A DNA stretch of 64,000 nt from contig JAHFBF010000005.1 of the NCBI GenBank assembly GCA_023250195.1, positions 172,025-236,024 of the forward strand. Direction: 5' to 3'. The notes beneath the pieces were generated by a model, which saw nothing but the letters and a program-made list of their open reading frames with translations, was not told where the DNA came from and did no database searches. Positions 1 to 10,234 of this stretch are shown here, one piece after another. Positions within the stretch are counted from its first letter, which is position 1. Every line of letters starts with the position of its first letter. The position numbers were made by a program, and so were the translations under genes. Source of the stretch: Candidatus Melainabacteria bacterium (lineage in GTDB: Bacteria; Cyanobacteriota; Vampirovibrionia; 2-02-FULL-35-15).

Positions 1-1141
1 GTGGTCTTGGAGCATCTGGATCTACAACTTGCTGGTTATAAGGGTTATATCTGTCAATGATAGGATCAGTATCCTTTTGTAATTTTTCTACTTCTTTTTG
101 AATTGTTTCATTATGTTGAGCTGTAGAAGATTGTTTTAAAATTTCCTTTTCTTCTTTTACCCCGGCTTTTGCTGGAATTACAGTTACAGATTCAAGTAGT
201 GATGAACTTGTACCACCTGCAATGTTACCTGACTTCTTAGGATCAAGCACTTTTGTAGGCTGAGGTGCTCTTGGACTTTGATCTTTTAAGTTTATTCCAA
301 TAATTTTTACATCGTGAGGAGGAGGAAGTTCTTTGACTTTTGTTACGATACTAACAATAGGTGGCTTTTTAGCATCTTCTCTAAGTCTTCTTGATTCCTG
401 AGCAGCTTGTCTGGCGGCTTCTCTCGCTTGCATAAGTGCAAGCTTTGCAGCTTCTTTTGCTTTCTTAAGTCTTTCTTTTTCCTGTTGTTTTTCTGATCTA
501 AGCCTTTGCTTGTCGGAGCGAATTCTTTCTTTTTCTGTCCGTTTTTCTCCCCGGATTCTTTCTTTTTCCTGTCTTACAAGATTACGAATCTTTTCTTTCT
601 CTTTACGTAATCCTTCTTTTTCTTTTCTAAGAAGCTTTCTTTCTATTTCCTTGGCTTTTCTAATTCTTTGTTTTAGTTTTTCTCTGGATTTTCTTTCTCT
701 TTCTTTTTGTTTCTTTCTATGAAGTTTGAGTTTTATAGCCTTTTTAGCACGCAGTTTTCTTAGGGTTTCAATTTTTTGTCTTAGCTTCTTTTTCTTTTTT
801 TCTCTCTCAACACGAATTTTTGCAAGCCTCTTCATCTGTGCGAGCTTTTTAGCTTTTAATTTTTTGACCTTAAGAAGTTTTTGTTTTTTAAGCTTTAATT
901 TCTTTGCTAATTTTTTATCAGCTTTTTGGTGTTTAAGTCTGGAGGTCTTTTTTTTCTTATCTTTCTTTTTTTTCTTCTTTTTGGAAGATTTCTTTACACC
1001 TTTAGATGAGCCAATTTCTACAGAAAGGCCACTATATAATTTTTTTCTTTCAAGTTCACAGTCCCGGCACGAACCAGGCCTGTAATCCACCGTATTGTTA
1101 GCTTTAAGGACTACTCCACAAACCTTACAAAATTCCACCAT
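1..1141 (-). CDS. Partial CDS running off the window start, N-terminus present (Met at 1139-1141). It has an N-terminal CxxC...CxxC zinc-ribbon, then a long Lys/Arg/Glu-rich low-complexity region, then a Pro-rich segment. Hypothetical.
   Basis: Manual translation of the minus strand from 1141 gives MVEFCKVCGVVLKANNTVDYRPGSCRDCELERKK... followed by ~250 aa of K/E/R repeats. The frame stays open to position 1. The listed + strand ORFs 510-722 and 726-1085 are antisense artefacts of this gene. Confidence 0.5.
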   Translation of the reverse strand, partial: MVEFCKVCGVVLKANNTVDYRPGSCRDCELERKKLYSGLSVEIGSSKGVKKSSKKKKKKKDKKKKTSRLKHQKADKKLAKKLKLKKQKLLKVKKLKAKKLAQMKRLAKIRVEREKKKKKLRQKIETLRKLRAKKAIKLKLHRKKQKERERKSREKLKQRIRKAKEIERKLLRKEKEGLRKEKEKIRNLVRQEKERIRGEKRTEKERIRSDKQRLRSEKQQEKERLKKAKEAAKLALMQAREAARQAAQESRRLREDAKKPPIVSIVTKVKELPPPHDVKIIGINLKDQSPRAPQPTKVLDPKKSGNIAGGTSSSLLESVTVIPAKAGVKEEKEILKQSSTAQHNETIQKEVEKLQKDTDPIIDRYNPYNQQVVDPDAPRP

Positions 1142-1256
1142 GTATTTACTTTACTCTTTCTTACGTTCCAACTTAATAGTATAGAGTAAAAGTGGTTCTC
1201 GGCCAAGTGAAAAAGGAAGATCAGTATAAATTTATTATATTCTATGTGTAAATCTC

Positions 1257-1329
1257 GGGCCCATAGCTCAATTGGTAGAGCACCTCGTTCGCAACGAGGA
1301 GGCTGGGGGTTCAAATCCCCTTGGGTCCA
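1257..1329 (+). tRNA. tRNA-Ala (anticodon CGC), 73 nt, no encoded CCA
   Basis: Cloverleaf folded by hand. Acceptor GGGCCCA/UGGGUCC includes the G3:U70 Ala identity pair. Discriminator is A73. Anticodon loop UUCGCAA. T-loop UUCAAAU. Confidence 0.85.
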
Positions 1330-1488
1330 TTTATAACGCCTCGGAACTGCTACGCAGATTCCTCGGCTATTAGATGTCTCACTTCACATGCTCGGATTTT
1401 CGTTTTGGAAAATCCTCGCTTAAAGGGTATACAAGAAAGTTATTTAGTGATTATTTTTATAATGCTCCAGACAAGCTGGAGCTTCCAT

Positions 1489-2532
1489 TTATCCTTTAAT
1501 CATACTAATAAGGTGTTTTCTAAAGTTCAGATTGTTTCTAAGCTTGTAAATTGCTCTTGTTTCTATCTGACGTACCCTTTCTAAGCTTATGCCTATAATA
1601 TTTGCAACTTCATTTAAACTTCTTTCCTCATTTGTTATTGTATTTTCATCAATGCGGTATCTGAGTTTAACTACTTCTTTTTCACGTTCAGTCAGCAGAT
1701 CATTGATCCCTTTGGCTACTGCCTGTGAAAGTAACTTTTGATCCGAAGCTTCTTCAGGCAATATTGCAATTTCTTCATTTTCCAAGTTGAGGACTTCTTC
1801 TAAACTTGTATCCTGATCGTTTCCTACTTTAATATCCAGAGACATTGGCTGGGTTTCAGATTTAAGGACCTTTTCAATTTTCTTGCCTGGAATTCCTGTT
1901 GCAGTGGAAAGATCTTCTAGGCTTGGTTCTCTGCCCAGTGTTAATGGCAGGATTTCTTTTACCTTTTTTAATTTGTATAAAATCCCTTGAATGGAATTAG
2001 GCAGTCTGATCATTCTACTTTTTTCATTAATAGCTCTTGTAATTGCCTGCCTTATCCACCAGGTTGCATAAGTGGAAAATTTATAGCCAAGTTTGTAGTC
2101 AAATTTTTCGACAGCTTTTATTAACCCCAGATTACCCTCTTGAATTAAATCCAATAAATCCAATCCTTTAGAACTGTACCTTCTGGCAATGCTTACCACG
2201 AGTCTTAAATTAGCCCGGATTAATTTTTGTCTGGCAATTTCTGCAGCTTTTTTTTGACCTGGAGTTGCATCATTATTTCTACCTTCCGAATATATTTTTG
2301 CTACTTTAGATTCTTCATTTAATTTTAGTAGTGGAGTCTTTGATATCTCTTTAAGGTAGGAGACTATTGCTGTGTAAGCCTGTTTACTTGCAGCTTCCTC
2401 TTGATTGTTTAAGGGATTATTAATGGAGTTAGAATTGTCTGTTTCACTGTCTCCCTCATCAAAGAGCTCATAATCCTCATTGTTTAGTTCTCTTTCTCTC
2501 ATACTGTATTCCTTAAAAAAGGGGCAGATCAT
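1489..2532 (-). CDS. RNA polymerase sigma factor, sigma-70 family (RpoD/SigA-like, regions 1.2-4)
   Basis: Region 2 signature [41 protein letters not shown]. Region 4 signature [11 protein letters not shown]...[19 protein letters not shown]. Acidic N-terminus. Confidence 0.85.
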   Translation of the reverse strand: MICPFFKEYSMRERELNNEDYELFDEGDSETDNSNSINNPLNNQEEAASKQAYTAIVSYLKEISKTPLLKLNEESKVAKIYSEGRNNDATPGQKKAAEIARQKLIRANLRLVVSIARRYSSKGLDLLDLIQEGNLGLIKAVEKFDYKLGYKFSTYATWWIRQAITRAINEKSRMIRLPNSIQGILYKLKKVKEILPLTLGREPSLEDLSTATGIPGKKIEKVLKSETQPMSLDIKVGNDQDTSLEEVLNLENEEIAILPEEASDQKLLSQAVAKGINDLLTEREKEVVKLRYRIDENTITNEERSLNEVANIIGISLERVRQIETRAIYKLRNNLNFRKHLISMIKG

Positions 2533-2761
2533 ATCTGTACTTTAAATACCCATTTGTTAGCAATAATCTTATGGGGGCGGCCCTACCGAAACTTAGTTGT
2601 TTTAATTTTTTTCTAATATAAGAGATATGAAAGGTGGGTATGCCTAAAACTTTAGGCTTTAAAGTTTAGGATTAAGATACGGTTGTTCCTGTCTAGCTAA
2701 TGGAACTCTTCCCAGCAAATAATTTATAAGGTAAGATTTTATCCGATTTACTTAAAGCGGG
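2533..2761. promoter_or_regulatory. Divergent promoter region between the sigma factor gene (-) and the DMT transporter gene (+); contains a hairpin at ~2641-2668
   Basis: 229 bp AT-rich spacer between divergently oriented starts. Inverted repeat cctaaaacttta-ggct-ttaaagtttagg. Confidence 0.25.
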
Positions 2762-3661
2762 ATGAGCAAGAAGAAGATTAAATCTTATTTTTATCTAGGG
2801 CTATGTATCTTATTATGGGCTTCAATTCCTGTCGTCTCAAAAAAAATTTTAGTTGAAATTAACAATTTTCAAATGCTGTTTTATTCTACAGTTCTATCTT
2901 TCCTTGTAGTAGGGGTGATTTTATTGCTTCAGAAAAAGACTCAGATTATGAAAAACTATAGACTGATGGATTACTTAGTAATGGGATTTCTTGGATTTTT
3001 AGGGACCTATCTTTATTTTGTTTTATTATATGGGGCCTTTACTTTAACAGCTGCTTCAGAGGGCTTTATTCTTGCGTATACATGGCCAATACTGGTTTTG
3101 GCACTTGCATTTATAATTCTAAAAGAAAAGGTAACTTTGAAGAAAGTAATTTCTATATTCATAAGCTTTTTTGGCATAGTTATTATAGTAACTCATGGAA
3201 AGATTACATCTGTAGCTTTTACAAACATTATAGGGGATATTCTCGCTTTGTCAGGAGCTTTTGTGTTCGCTTTATTTTCTGTCTTAGGAAAGAAATATAA
3301 TTTTGACAAAACAGTAAGTGCCTTTATTTATTTTTGTTCTGCGCTGATTTTTATAACCCTGACAGTATCTTTTTTCTCACCAGTAAACATTCCTTCAATT
3401 AAGATATTGCCCTGGTTGCTTTATAACGGTATTTTTGTTAATGGAATAACTTATATATTTTGGTTTAAAGCACTTGAGCATGGAGACACTGAAATAATTT
3501 CAAATATACTTTATCTCACACCATTTTTATCACTAATTTACATTTCAATATTTCTTGATGAGAAAATATTATTGAGTTCTTTGCTGGGGCTGATAGTAAT
3601 TGTTTCTGGAATTATTATTCAATCTGTTAAATTAGAAAATAGTATTAGAAAAAGTAATTAA
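2762..3661 (+). CDS. EamA/DMT-family (drug/metabolite transporter) membrane protein
   Basis: 299 aa, ~10 predicted TM helices, two-halves architecture typical of EamA. Confidence 0.7.
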   Translation: MSKKKIKSYFYLGLCILLWASIPVVSKKILVEINNFQMLFYSTVLSFLVVGVILLLQKKTQIMKNYRLMDYLVMGFLGFLGTYLYFVLLYGAFTLTAASEGFILAYTWPILVLALAFIILKEKVTLKKVISIFISFFGIVIIVTHGKITSVAFTNIIGDILALSGAFVFALFSVLGKKYNFDKTVSAFIYFCSALIFITLTVSFFSPVNIPSIKILPWLLYNGIFVNGITYIFWFKALEHGDTEIISNILYLTPFLSLIYISIFLDEKILLSSLLGLIVIVSGIIIQSVKLENSIRKSN

Positions 3662-3731
3662 TGATGCCCCTACTCCAATTCTTTTTGCATGTCAATAGAA
3701 TATTTCCCAAGGTGAGAACTATTTAATTATT

Positions 3732-3750
3732 TTATCTTTCTTAAAGATAA
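3732..3750 (+). terminator. Possible intrinsic terminator hairpin downstream of the DMT transporter gene
   Basis: ttatcttt-ctt-aaagataa: an 8-bp perfect stem preceded by a T-run. Confidence 0.25.
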
Positions 3751-3963
3751 GAACGTTATCTCTATAAGGCTTAATAAGACTTACACAGGTTATTATTCTT
3801 ATTAACAAACCAGTGACAACCAGGGTGCTGTTTATACAAAGAATATTATTTTGATAATAACAGACTGTCATATTGATTTTGTGATAACTGAAGAGAGCAT
3901 TGCCTCTTTTTATAAACTATCATTGTAAAATAGTGAGGTAGTTTAAAAGAGGATTTTAAATAT

Positions 3964-4395
3964 ATGGAAAATAACAACATGGACAATCAAATTTCCTGTT
4001 TGGTAGAACAAGGAATAATTTATTCAAAGAGAGATATGATTAGAATCTTAAGAGATCTTGATCGTGTCTCTTATACAGATTTTATTGATAGTCTTTCAGT
4101 TGCAAGTGGAGAAGGATATGTTGTTGAAGTTTATGCAAACAGTTATGATTCAACACTTGTTTTTAACAGCAGATTACACGTTAATGTAAATAGCTTTGAT
4201 TTTTTAAAAATAACTTCTCAGCCGGAAAAATTAGTTGAGCTTATTTCAGGACACAGAGTTATAAAATTAAAACCACTTACAAATATTCTTCAAGGAAACC
4301 AATCCCGTATAGAAGAGGAAATTGATGAGCAAAGAATATCTATTGCAAGTCAGCTTGCTTGTGATGATGAAGTAAATCTGAATTATTTGGAATAA
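3964..4395 (+). CDS. Hypothetical protein (143 aa)
   Basis: ORF only; no recognisable motif. Confidence 0.35.
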   Translation: MENNNMDNQISCLVEQGIIYSKRDMIRILRDLDRVSYTDFIDSLSVASGEGYVVEVYANSYDSTLVFNSRLHVNVNSFDFLKITSQPEKLVELISGHRVIKLKPLTNILQGNQSRIEEEIDEQRISIASQLACDDEVNLNYLE

Positions 4396-4436
4396 GATAA
4401 ATTAGTTTAATAAAGTACGTGTTAACAATGTTTTTC

Positions 4437-5276
4437 TTAACCTGCAACGGGTTGTTCAGAGCTGATTTCAGCTTCTTGATTTTGTATTTCTTCCTCTAAT
4501 TTCTTCTTTTCTTTGGTTCTTTTGCTGGCTTCTTCCTGTAATTTTTCTTTAATCTTATCTGCTTCCTGAGTTAATCTAAAATACTGTTGGAATTTTTTTG
4601 TAGTTCTTAGGATATATGAAAGCCCTTGAGGTTTTTTAGTAATTAAATCCTGTTCTGCAAGTTCGTTTATGTGCTCATACGCCCCAGAGCCTCTCATATC
4701 AATAATTTCTGACTGTAGAACAGGTTCTTTAAGAGCAATTGCAGAAAGAGTTCTCATTGGACCTGGATTTAATTCAAGTGGCATCATGTCAGTGACAATG
4801 TTTAGATATTGGGTCTTAACCTGAAGAACGTAGCCATCATCAGTGCCTATTTCCAAGCCACCATTTCTATCTTCATATTCCTGGATAAGCTGAACAAGGG
4901 CGGATTGTACATCATCATAAGATGCATTTAACATCTTTGAAATGGCACCTGTTTTAACCGGGGTATCAGAAACAAACAATACTGCTTCTACCTGTGCTTT
5001 TAAATCTGACCGTAGGGCGTTGGATATAGCTCCCAGCGTAGATGGTTCTTCCGTTTGAGGTTCTAATATTAATTCTTCTTCTTTAGATCTAAGGTCATCG
5101 GCTTGTTCCTCAGGGTGAAGTGTTCCAAGGTCAGGCTTCTCTTCTGTTCTGTGTTCGGATTCTAAATTCTGACTTCTGACTTCTGATCCCTGATTTCTGT
5201 TTTCATCCATCTGAGTTGTTGCTTCCATCTGAAACCACCTCCTCACCCAGTATTTTTGTAGATATACCAACGACAT
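4437..5276 (-). CDS. scpB: Segregation and condensation protein B (ScpB) with acidic N- and C-terminal extensions. The true start is probably a later Met (~5228 or 5210).
   Basis: Core matches ScpB winged-helix repeats (AVLFVSDTPV...GLEIGTDDGYVLQVK...MRTLSAIALKEPVLQSEIIDMRGSG). Lies directly downstream of scpA. Confidence 0.75.
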   Translation of the reverse strand: MSLVYLQKYWVRRWFQMEATTQMDENRNQGSEVRSQNLESEHRTEEKPDLGTLHPEEQADDLRSKEEELILEPQTEEPSTLGAISNALRSDLKAQVEAVLFVSDTPVKTGAISKMLNASYDDVQSALVQLIQEYEDRNGGLEIGTDDGYVLQVKTQYLNIVTDMMPLELNPGPMRTLSAIALKEPVLQSEIIDMRGSGAYEHINELAEQDLITKKPQGLSYILRTTKKFQQYFRLTQEADKIKEKLQEEASKRTKEKKKLEEEIQNQEAEISSEQPVAG

Positions 5277-6189
5277 TATTCCCGTCAGTAGTAACTTCTA
5301 TTACTTTTGGTTCTTCTTTTTTAATCTTACCTTTAATTTTATCTTTTATTTTTTGAATAATGCTTTTCTTCTTTTTCTTTTTTTCTGGTTCTTTCTGATT
5401 CTCTGATTCTCTGATGTTCTGATCTTCTAGAATAGTTCCTGCTCTGTGTATATAGACCTCACCGTAGCAATCCTTTTGCTCAAGCACAATTTTCTGTGAG
5501 TGGGCTAAAAACAATAAGGCAAGAAAAGGAGTGGTTTTATTGTTTAAAATCCCGGAAATGAAACTTAAAGCTATTGGTTTATCATCGGTTAAATGTTCTT
5601 GAATAATTGCTTCAACTTTATTGGCAATATCTTCCAGATCCTCTTCATGGGCTATTTCAAGTACATTGTCCGGAATTTCAGAAGCATCAATTGTAAATGC
5701 TCTTTCAGACCTAAGTTTGGCTCTTACAGCTCTTCTTTCTTCTTCTTCTTCAGCCTGCTGTAGCGCAAAAATCAAATCTCCAAGTGAGATTTTTCTTTTT
5801 CTTTGTTGTTTGCCAAGAGAACTTCTGACAATAAAGCTTTCAAGCCTTGAGAGATCAAGCCGCACCTCATCCTGATTAAATAAAAGGTCATCTTCGGGAA
5901 AGAAATTTTCTGTTTGTTGACTTGAAAGCAATGTCTCATTTGAGATATTTAAAAGAATGTCTGATTTAAGCCTGAGAAGGACACTTGCAAAAAATATTGC
6001 CCGACCGGCGTTTAATAAATTTTCCCTTGGACTTTTATCAAGTGCAGCAAGGTATTTGTTTGTAACATCGAGAATGTCTATATCCCAGGGATCAATATCT
6101 CCCTTTTCTGCAAGCTGAACGAGGATCTCTAATCCACCGCTTAGATTCTTTATATCAATTACTTCTTTTTGTGTTTCTGTTTGTGCCAT
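5203..6189 (-). CDS. scpA: Segregation and condensation protein A (ScpA)
   Basis: N-terminal ScpA signature ILVQLAEKGDIDPWDIDILDVTNKYLAALDK...NLLNAGRAIFFASVLLRLKS. Lies 5 nt after smc. Confidence 0.8.
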   Translation of the reverse strand: MAQTETQKEVIDIKNLSGGLEILVQLAEKGDIDPWDIDILDVTNKYLAALDKSPRENLLNAGRAIFFASVLLRLKSDILLNISNETLLSSQQTENFFPEDDLLFNQDEVRLDLSRLESFIVRSSLGKQQRKRKISLGDLIFALQQAEEEEERRAVRAKLRSERAFTIDASEIPDNVLEIAHEEDLEDIANKVEAIIQEHLTDDKPIALSFISGILNNKTTPFLALLFLAHSQKIVLEQKDCYGEVYIHRAGTILEDQNIRESENQKEPEKKKKKKSIIQKIKDKIKGKIKKEEPKVIEVTTDGNNVVGISTKILGEEVVSDGSNNSDG

Positions 6190-6193
6190 TTTT

Positions 6194-9100
6194 TTATGCG
6201 GTCATAAGTGCAGGTTCTTCTTTCTTTTTCTTTTCAAGATTTTGTATCCCGATAATCTGCGTGAATCCATCTGCTCTTAACGTTACCCCGATTGCCTGAT
6301 CAGCATTATCAATCATATGTCTGCGTAAGCTTACTACTACAAACTGTGCATGTGAAGATTGTTTTTTTACCATTTGAGCCAGGCGCTCTGCATTTATACT
6401 GTCCAGGAACATATCAACTTCGTCGAATGCATAAAATGGTGCAGGGGAATATCTCTGAAGTGCAAACATAAAACTAAGTGCAGTAAGGGATTTTTCACCA
6501 CCAGACATAGCTTCTAACCGTTGCATTTTTTTATCACGTGGTCTTGCTCTTATAATTAAACCGCCGCTAAAAGGATTATCTGGATTTTCCAGTAAAAGTT
6601 CACCATGTCCAAAAGAAAGTTCATGAAATATTTCCTGAAAGTATTTATTTACACCTTCAAAGGTTTCAAAGAAAGTTATTTCTTTTTGTTCTGTGTATGA
6701 ACTGATTTTTGAGTTAATTGCATCTTTTTCTTCACTCAGTAAGTTTAATTTGTCTTTAATTTCTTTCTGGCGGTTTGTGACATTATCGTATTCATCAATA
6801 GCTCTCATATTTACTGGTTCAAGTGCCCTCATTCTCTTTTCAATGCTTTCAATTTGTTTTGTAATTTTTTCAAGATCAATGCTTTCAGGCATCTTATATT
6901 CTTCGTTTTGTGTTTGCTCCTGAAATTTTGTTCTCAGATCCAAAAGATCGGGCTCCAGTTCTCTTAGTTTTAATTCTGCTGCTGTGATCCTTTCGGCAAG
7001 CTGATCTATTAGTTGCTGCAATTCTCCTTTTTGCTCGCCTTTTAAAATCAGTCCGTTTGAAAGTTCACTTCTTTTTGTATTTAGTTCACTCAGATGCTTC
7101 ATTTCAGCATGACCGGCTTCCTCGATTTCTTTTACTTTTTCATCAAGTGTTTTTAACTTTGACTCATGTTCAGGAAGCTCAATTGAGATCCTCTCAATTT
7201 CTTTCTTTGAATTATTTATTTTTCCTTCGTATTGTTCTTTTGCTTTTAAACTAAATTCAGCTTCTACAGAATAACTTCTGCTTTCAGTAATTATTTCCTG
7301 AAGCTTTGCTTCCAGTTCTTTTGTTTTTGATTCAATATCCTGACTGTTTGTAACGAGTGCTTCAAGACTTGAATCTTTTATATGTGCTGCAACCTGCTGT
7401 AATTCCACTTCAAAGTTAATAATCTCCTGCTCTTTCTCACGAACCTTTTCATCAAGTTTTTCCAGCTCACCGGAGTTTATTTCAATGATTTTGGCAAGTT
7501 CAGTAACTTTTTGCTTGCTGTCTTCTGCAGTCCTGGTAAGTTTTTTTATAGTTTCAAATGTTGAAGAACTATTTGTTTCTTCTTTTGTAATTTCCGTTTT
7601 TAAAGAATCAAATTCTTCTTTTGCCTCTTCAATTTGTTTAGCCAGCTCTTTTAAGTCACCATCAAGCTGGTTTACATAGTCCTGAAGTGATTTGACTTCC
7701 CTTTGTAGCCTCTCCTGCTCATTTTCACTGTTTTGTCCAAAACTTATGTTTGATTTTATTTGAGAACCACCGGTAATTGCTCCGCTTTTTTCAAGAAGAT
7801 CTCCGACTAAGGTAACCATTCTGTTTCTGCCAATATTTTTTCTGGCATTGTCCAGATTATCCATTATGAGGGTGTCAGTTAAGGCGTAGTAAAAAGCATC
7901 AGTGTATTTCTTGTCGAACTTAATAAGATCAAGTGCCCAGCCAACTGTACCTTTTTGAGAAAGAGGTAGGAGCGTTGGAGATGGTTTTAATTTGTTAAGT
8001 GGTAAAAAAGTTGCTCTGCCGCTATTTGTGCTTCTAAGAAGCTCTATGCATTTACTTGCAATCTCATCTGTGTCTACAACTATTGCTTTAAGTCTATTTC
8101 CTGTGGCTGTTTCAATTGCGGCTTTGTATTTTTCATCTACGTAGATAAGTTGTGCTAATGTGCCATGTACGCCTTTAATACCAGCACTGAAAACAGTTTC
8201 AACTGCGGCTCCAAGCCCTGTGGTTTCTTTTATTACCTGTTTGTGTACTTCAAGCTTATCCAGTTCTCTCTCCAGCCTTGCAAGCTTCTTTGTTCTTTCA
8301 TTTAATTCTTCTCTTGTTTCAATTTCTTCTGCTTTTAATTTTGATATGTGTCTTTGAAGTGCTATATGTTTTTGCTGAAGCTGGCTTAACTTTGAGTTTT
8401 TAAATTCATTGCTCTGAGTTAACTCTTTCAGCTCGCCAAGTGACTTTTCAGCTTCAATTTTTGTATTTATTAAGTCATCTTTTGAATGAATAATTTGTTC
8501 TTCAAGTCTTGTTTTTTTTGTCATCAATTCTTCTTTGTCAGACTTCAATTTGTTTATTTTTTTCTGAACTTCCAGAATCTTTGAGGTAGAGAGATTCTGA
8601 TTCTGTCCTTTTGATTTAAGACTGTCCTGAAGCTTTTGATATTCCTGATTTAATTTCCAGAGCTCATCTTCAATTTTTTCCTGTTCTTTTTTTTGTTTCT
8701 CTTTTTTTCTCTCCAGATCATGAACTTTTTTATCCAGAACTTTTATTTCGTTTTCCAGATTCTCGGTATTATCTTTGTGGTCTTTTATCTGCTTGTTTAG
8801 AAAATCAATTGTAGACTGGGTTTTACTGATTTCAATTTTTGCAGTTTCAGCTTCTTCGATTAATTTTTTTTGACTTTGTTCAGTTATTTTTTGGACTTCA
8901 TTTTCAATATCCTGAATGGTCTGTTTATCTCTTTCTATCTCATCATTTAATTGTCCAAGTTTAATAATGGAATCTGTTCTTCTTTGTCTTAAATTTGTAT
9001 TTTCTTCTTTTAGTGAATTGTATTCACCCTCAAGTTTATTTATTCTTGCTGCAAGACAGTGTTTCTCAAGTTCTCTGAGTTCATTTTTTAATTTGGCGTA

Positions 9101-9733
9101 TTTTAGAGCTTCATTTCTTTCACTCTCAAGCTGTTTTAGTCTTTCATCCAGCTCAAGCATTATAATATTTTCTTTTTCCATACCTTCCTGAACTTTTAAT
9201 AGTTCAATCTGGGCTAATTCTATTTTTCTATCAAAATCAGCTACACCAGCAAGCTCATCAATAATTTTTCTTCTTTCAACCACAGACATGCTGATGATCG
9301 AAGTAACATCACCCTGCATAACTACGTTATAGCCATGAGGACTAATGTTATAGCTTAGAAGTTTATCGTGAACTTCAGTAAGGGTGACGGTTTTACCATC
9401 CATGTAATAAGTACTTGTATAACCGTTATCTTTTACTTTAATTTTTCTGCTAACTTCAATTTCAGTTTCAGCATCGTCTGTAAATCTTATAGTTACCTGT
9501 GCTTCTCTTTTACCGCTTAAATTGTTTATAAGATCAGGTAATCTCTCAGCTCTCATGGTTCTTGAGGTAGAAAGTCCAAGAGCAAATAAAACACTGTCTA
9601 TAATATTTGATTTTCCTGAACCATTTGGACCTGAAACAGTTGTAAACCCTGACAAAAGCGGAACCGTGGTTCTCTTCCCGAAGGATTTAAAATTATCAAT
9701 TTCAACTTCTTTTAAACGTAATTTAGCTGTCAT
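6194..9733 (-). CDS. smc: Chromosome partition protein SMC (1179 aa)
   Basis: Walker A region FKSFGKRTTVPLLSGFTTVSGPNGSGKSNIIDSVLFALG. Long coiled coils and a hinge. C-terminal LSGGEKSLTALSFMFAL signature motif and Walker B FYAFDEVDMFLD. Confidence 0.9.
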   Translation of the reverse strand: MTAKLRLKEVEIDNFKSFGKRTTVPLLSGFTTVSGPNGSGKSNIIDSVLFALGLSTSRTMRAERLPDLINNLSGKREAQVTIRFTDDAETEIEVSRKIKVKDNGYTSTYYMDGKTVTLTEVHDKLLSYNISPHGYNVVMQGDVTSIISMSVVERRKIIDELAGVADFDRKIELAQIELLKVQEGMEKENIIMLELDERLKQLESERNEALKYAKLKNELRELEKHCLAARINKLEGEYNSLKEENTNLRQRRTDSIIKLGQLNDEIERDKQTIQDIENEVQKITEQSQKKLIEEAETAKIEISKTQSTIDFLNKQIKDHKDNTENLENEIKVLDKKVHDLERKKEKQKKEQEKIEDELWKLNQEYQKLQDSLKSKGQNQNLSTSKILEVQKKINKLKSDKEELMTKKTRLEEQIIHSKDDLINTKIEAEKSLGELKELTQSNEFKNSKLSQLQQKHIALQRHISKLKAEEIETREELNERTKKLARLERELDKLEVHKQVIKETTGLGAAVETVFSAGIKGVHGTLAQLIYVDEKYKAAIETATGNRLKAIVVDTDEIASKCIELLRSTNSGRATFLPLNKLKPSPTLLPLSQKGTVGWALDLIKFDKKYTDAFYYALTDTLIMDNLDNARKNIGRNRMVTLVGDLLEKSGAITGGSQIKSNISFGQNSENEQERLQREVKSLQDYVNQLDGDLKELAKQIEEAKEEFDSLKTEITKEETNSSSTFETIKKLTRTAEDSKQKVTELAKIIEINSGELEKLDEKVREKEQEIINFEVELQQVAAHIKDSSLEALVTNSQDIESKTKELEAKLQEIITESRSYSVEAEFSLKAKEQYEGKINNSKKEIERISIELPEHESKLKTLDEKVKEIEEAGHAEMKHLSELNTKRSELSNGLILKGEQKGELQQLIDQLAERITAAELKLRELEPDLLDLRTKFQEQTQNEEYKMPESIDLEKITKQIESIEKRMRALEPVNMRAIDEYDNVTNRQKEIKDKLNLLSEEKDAINSKISSYTEQKEITFFETFEGVNKYFQEIFHELSFGHGELLLENPDNPFSGGLIIRARPRDKKMQRLEAMSGGEKSLTALSFMFALQRYSPAPFYAFDEVDMFLDSINAERLAQMVKKQSSHAQFVVVSLRRHMIDNADQAIGVTLRADGFTQIIGIQNLEKKKKEEPALMTA

Positions 9734-10234
9734 TTCATTTTTTGTTTTGCTTTGTGTCTTTGCTAACCTTCTAGAAGACTATTTTTTTAAGCATAGATAA
9801 CTTGTTTTTATTTGAGAAAAAAATTTAAGCTTAAATTTTTTTCTCTCCTTCTTGGTGCTCAAAATATTGCTCGCCACAATATTCTTTGCTTAGTAGCTTT
9901 ATCGACCATATATAAGACTATAATTTCTAACATATTATCCTTATACGGGCCAGTAAATTTAGAATCTATTAATACACAATATGTAAATATGATTCCAGTA
10001 ATAATGCACTACATATATTGTATAGATATACTAACATAAGTACTTTCTCTAGATCGATAGAAGTACTTATTATGTTCCCTGCTGGAATTATGAGGTTAAA
10101 AGAATCAAAAAGCCATCCTACAATAGCGAACTTCTCATTTCTATTTACCGACCTCTTTGCCCATTCTTTATTAGTCAGGGTACAATTACTTCTTGTTTTA
10201 TTAATTAAAAATTTATTTTAGGAAATTTTATTTT

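Noticed and set aside
510-1085. Listed + strand ORFs 510-722 and 726-1085 (S/F/L-rich)
   Set aside because: They are antisense frames of the K/E/R-rich minus-strand gene. The low-complexity S/F/L composition mirrors AAG/GAA/AGA repeats on the other strand.
1111-1584. Listed ORFs 1111-1314 (-) and 1321-1584 (+)
   Set aside because: They overlap the tRNA-Ala gene and the 3' end of the sigma factor gene, have no RBS, and have odd composition. Most likely spurious.
3082-3300. Internal alternative-frame ORF inside the DMT transporter gene
   Set aside because: It lies wholly within a well-supported membrane-protein CDS, in another frame.
3701-3722. GGTGAGAACTATTTAATTA downstream of the DMT gene, resembling the 5' block of the repeat family
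   Set aside because: Only a ~12-nt match (GTGAGAACTA) with no 3' block. It is likely coincidental.
10038-10068. Two copies of the palindromic octamer AAGTACTT 15 bp apart, upstream of the 161-aa ORF
   Set aside because: They lie in a very AT-rich 500-bp spacer where such short palindromes occur by chance. There is no supporting second feature.
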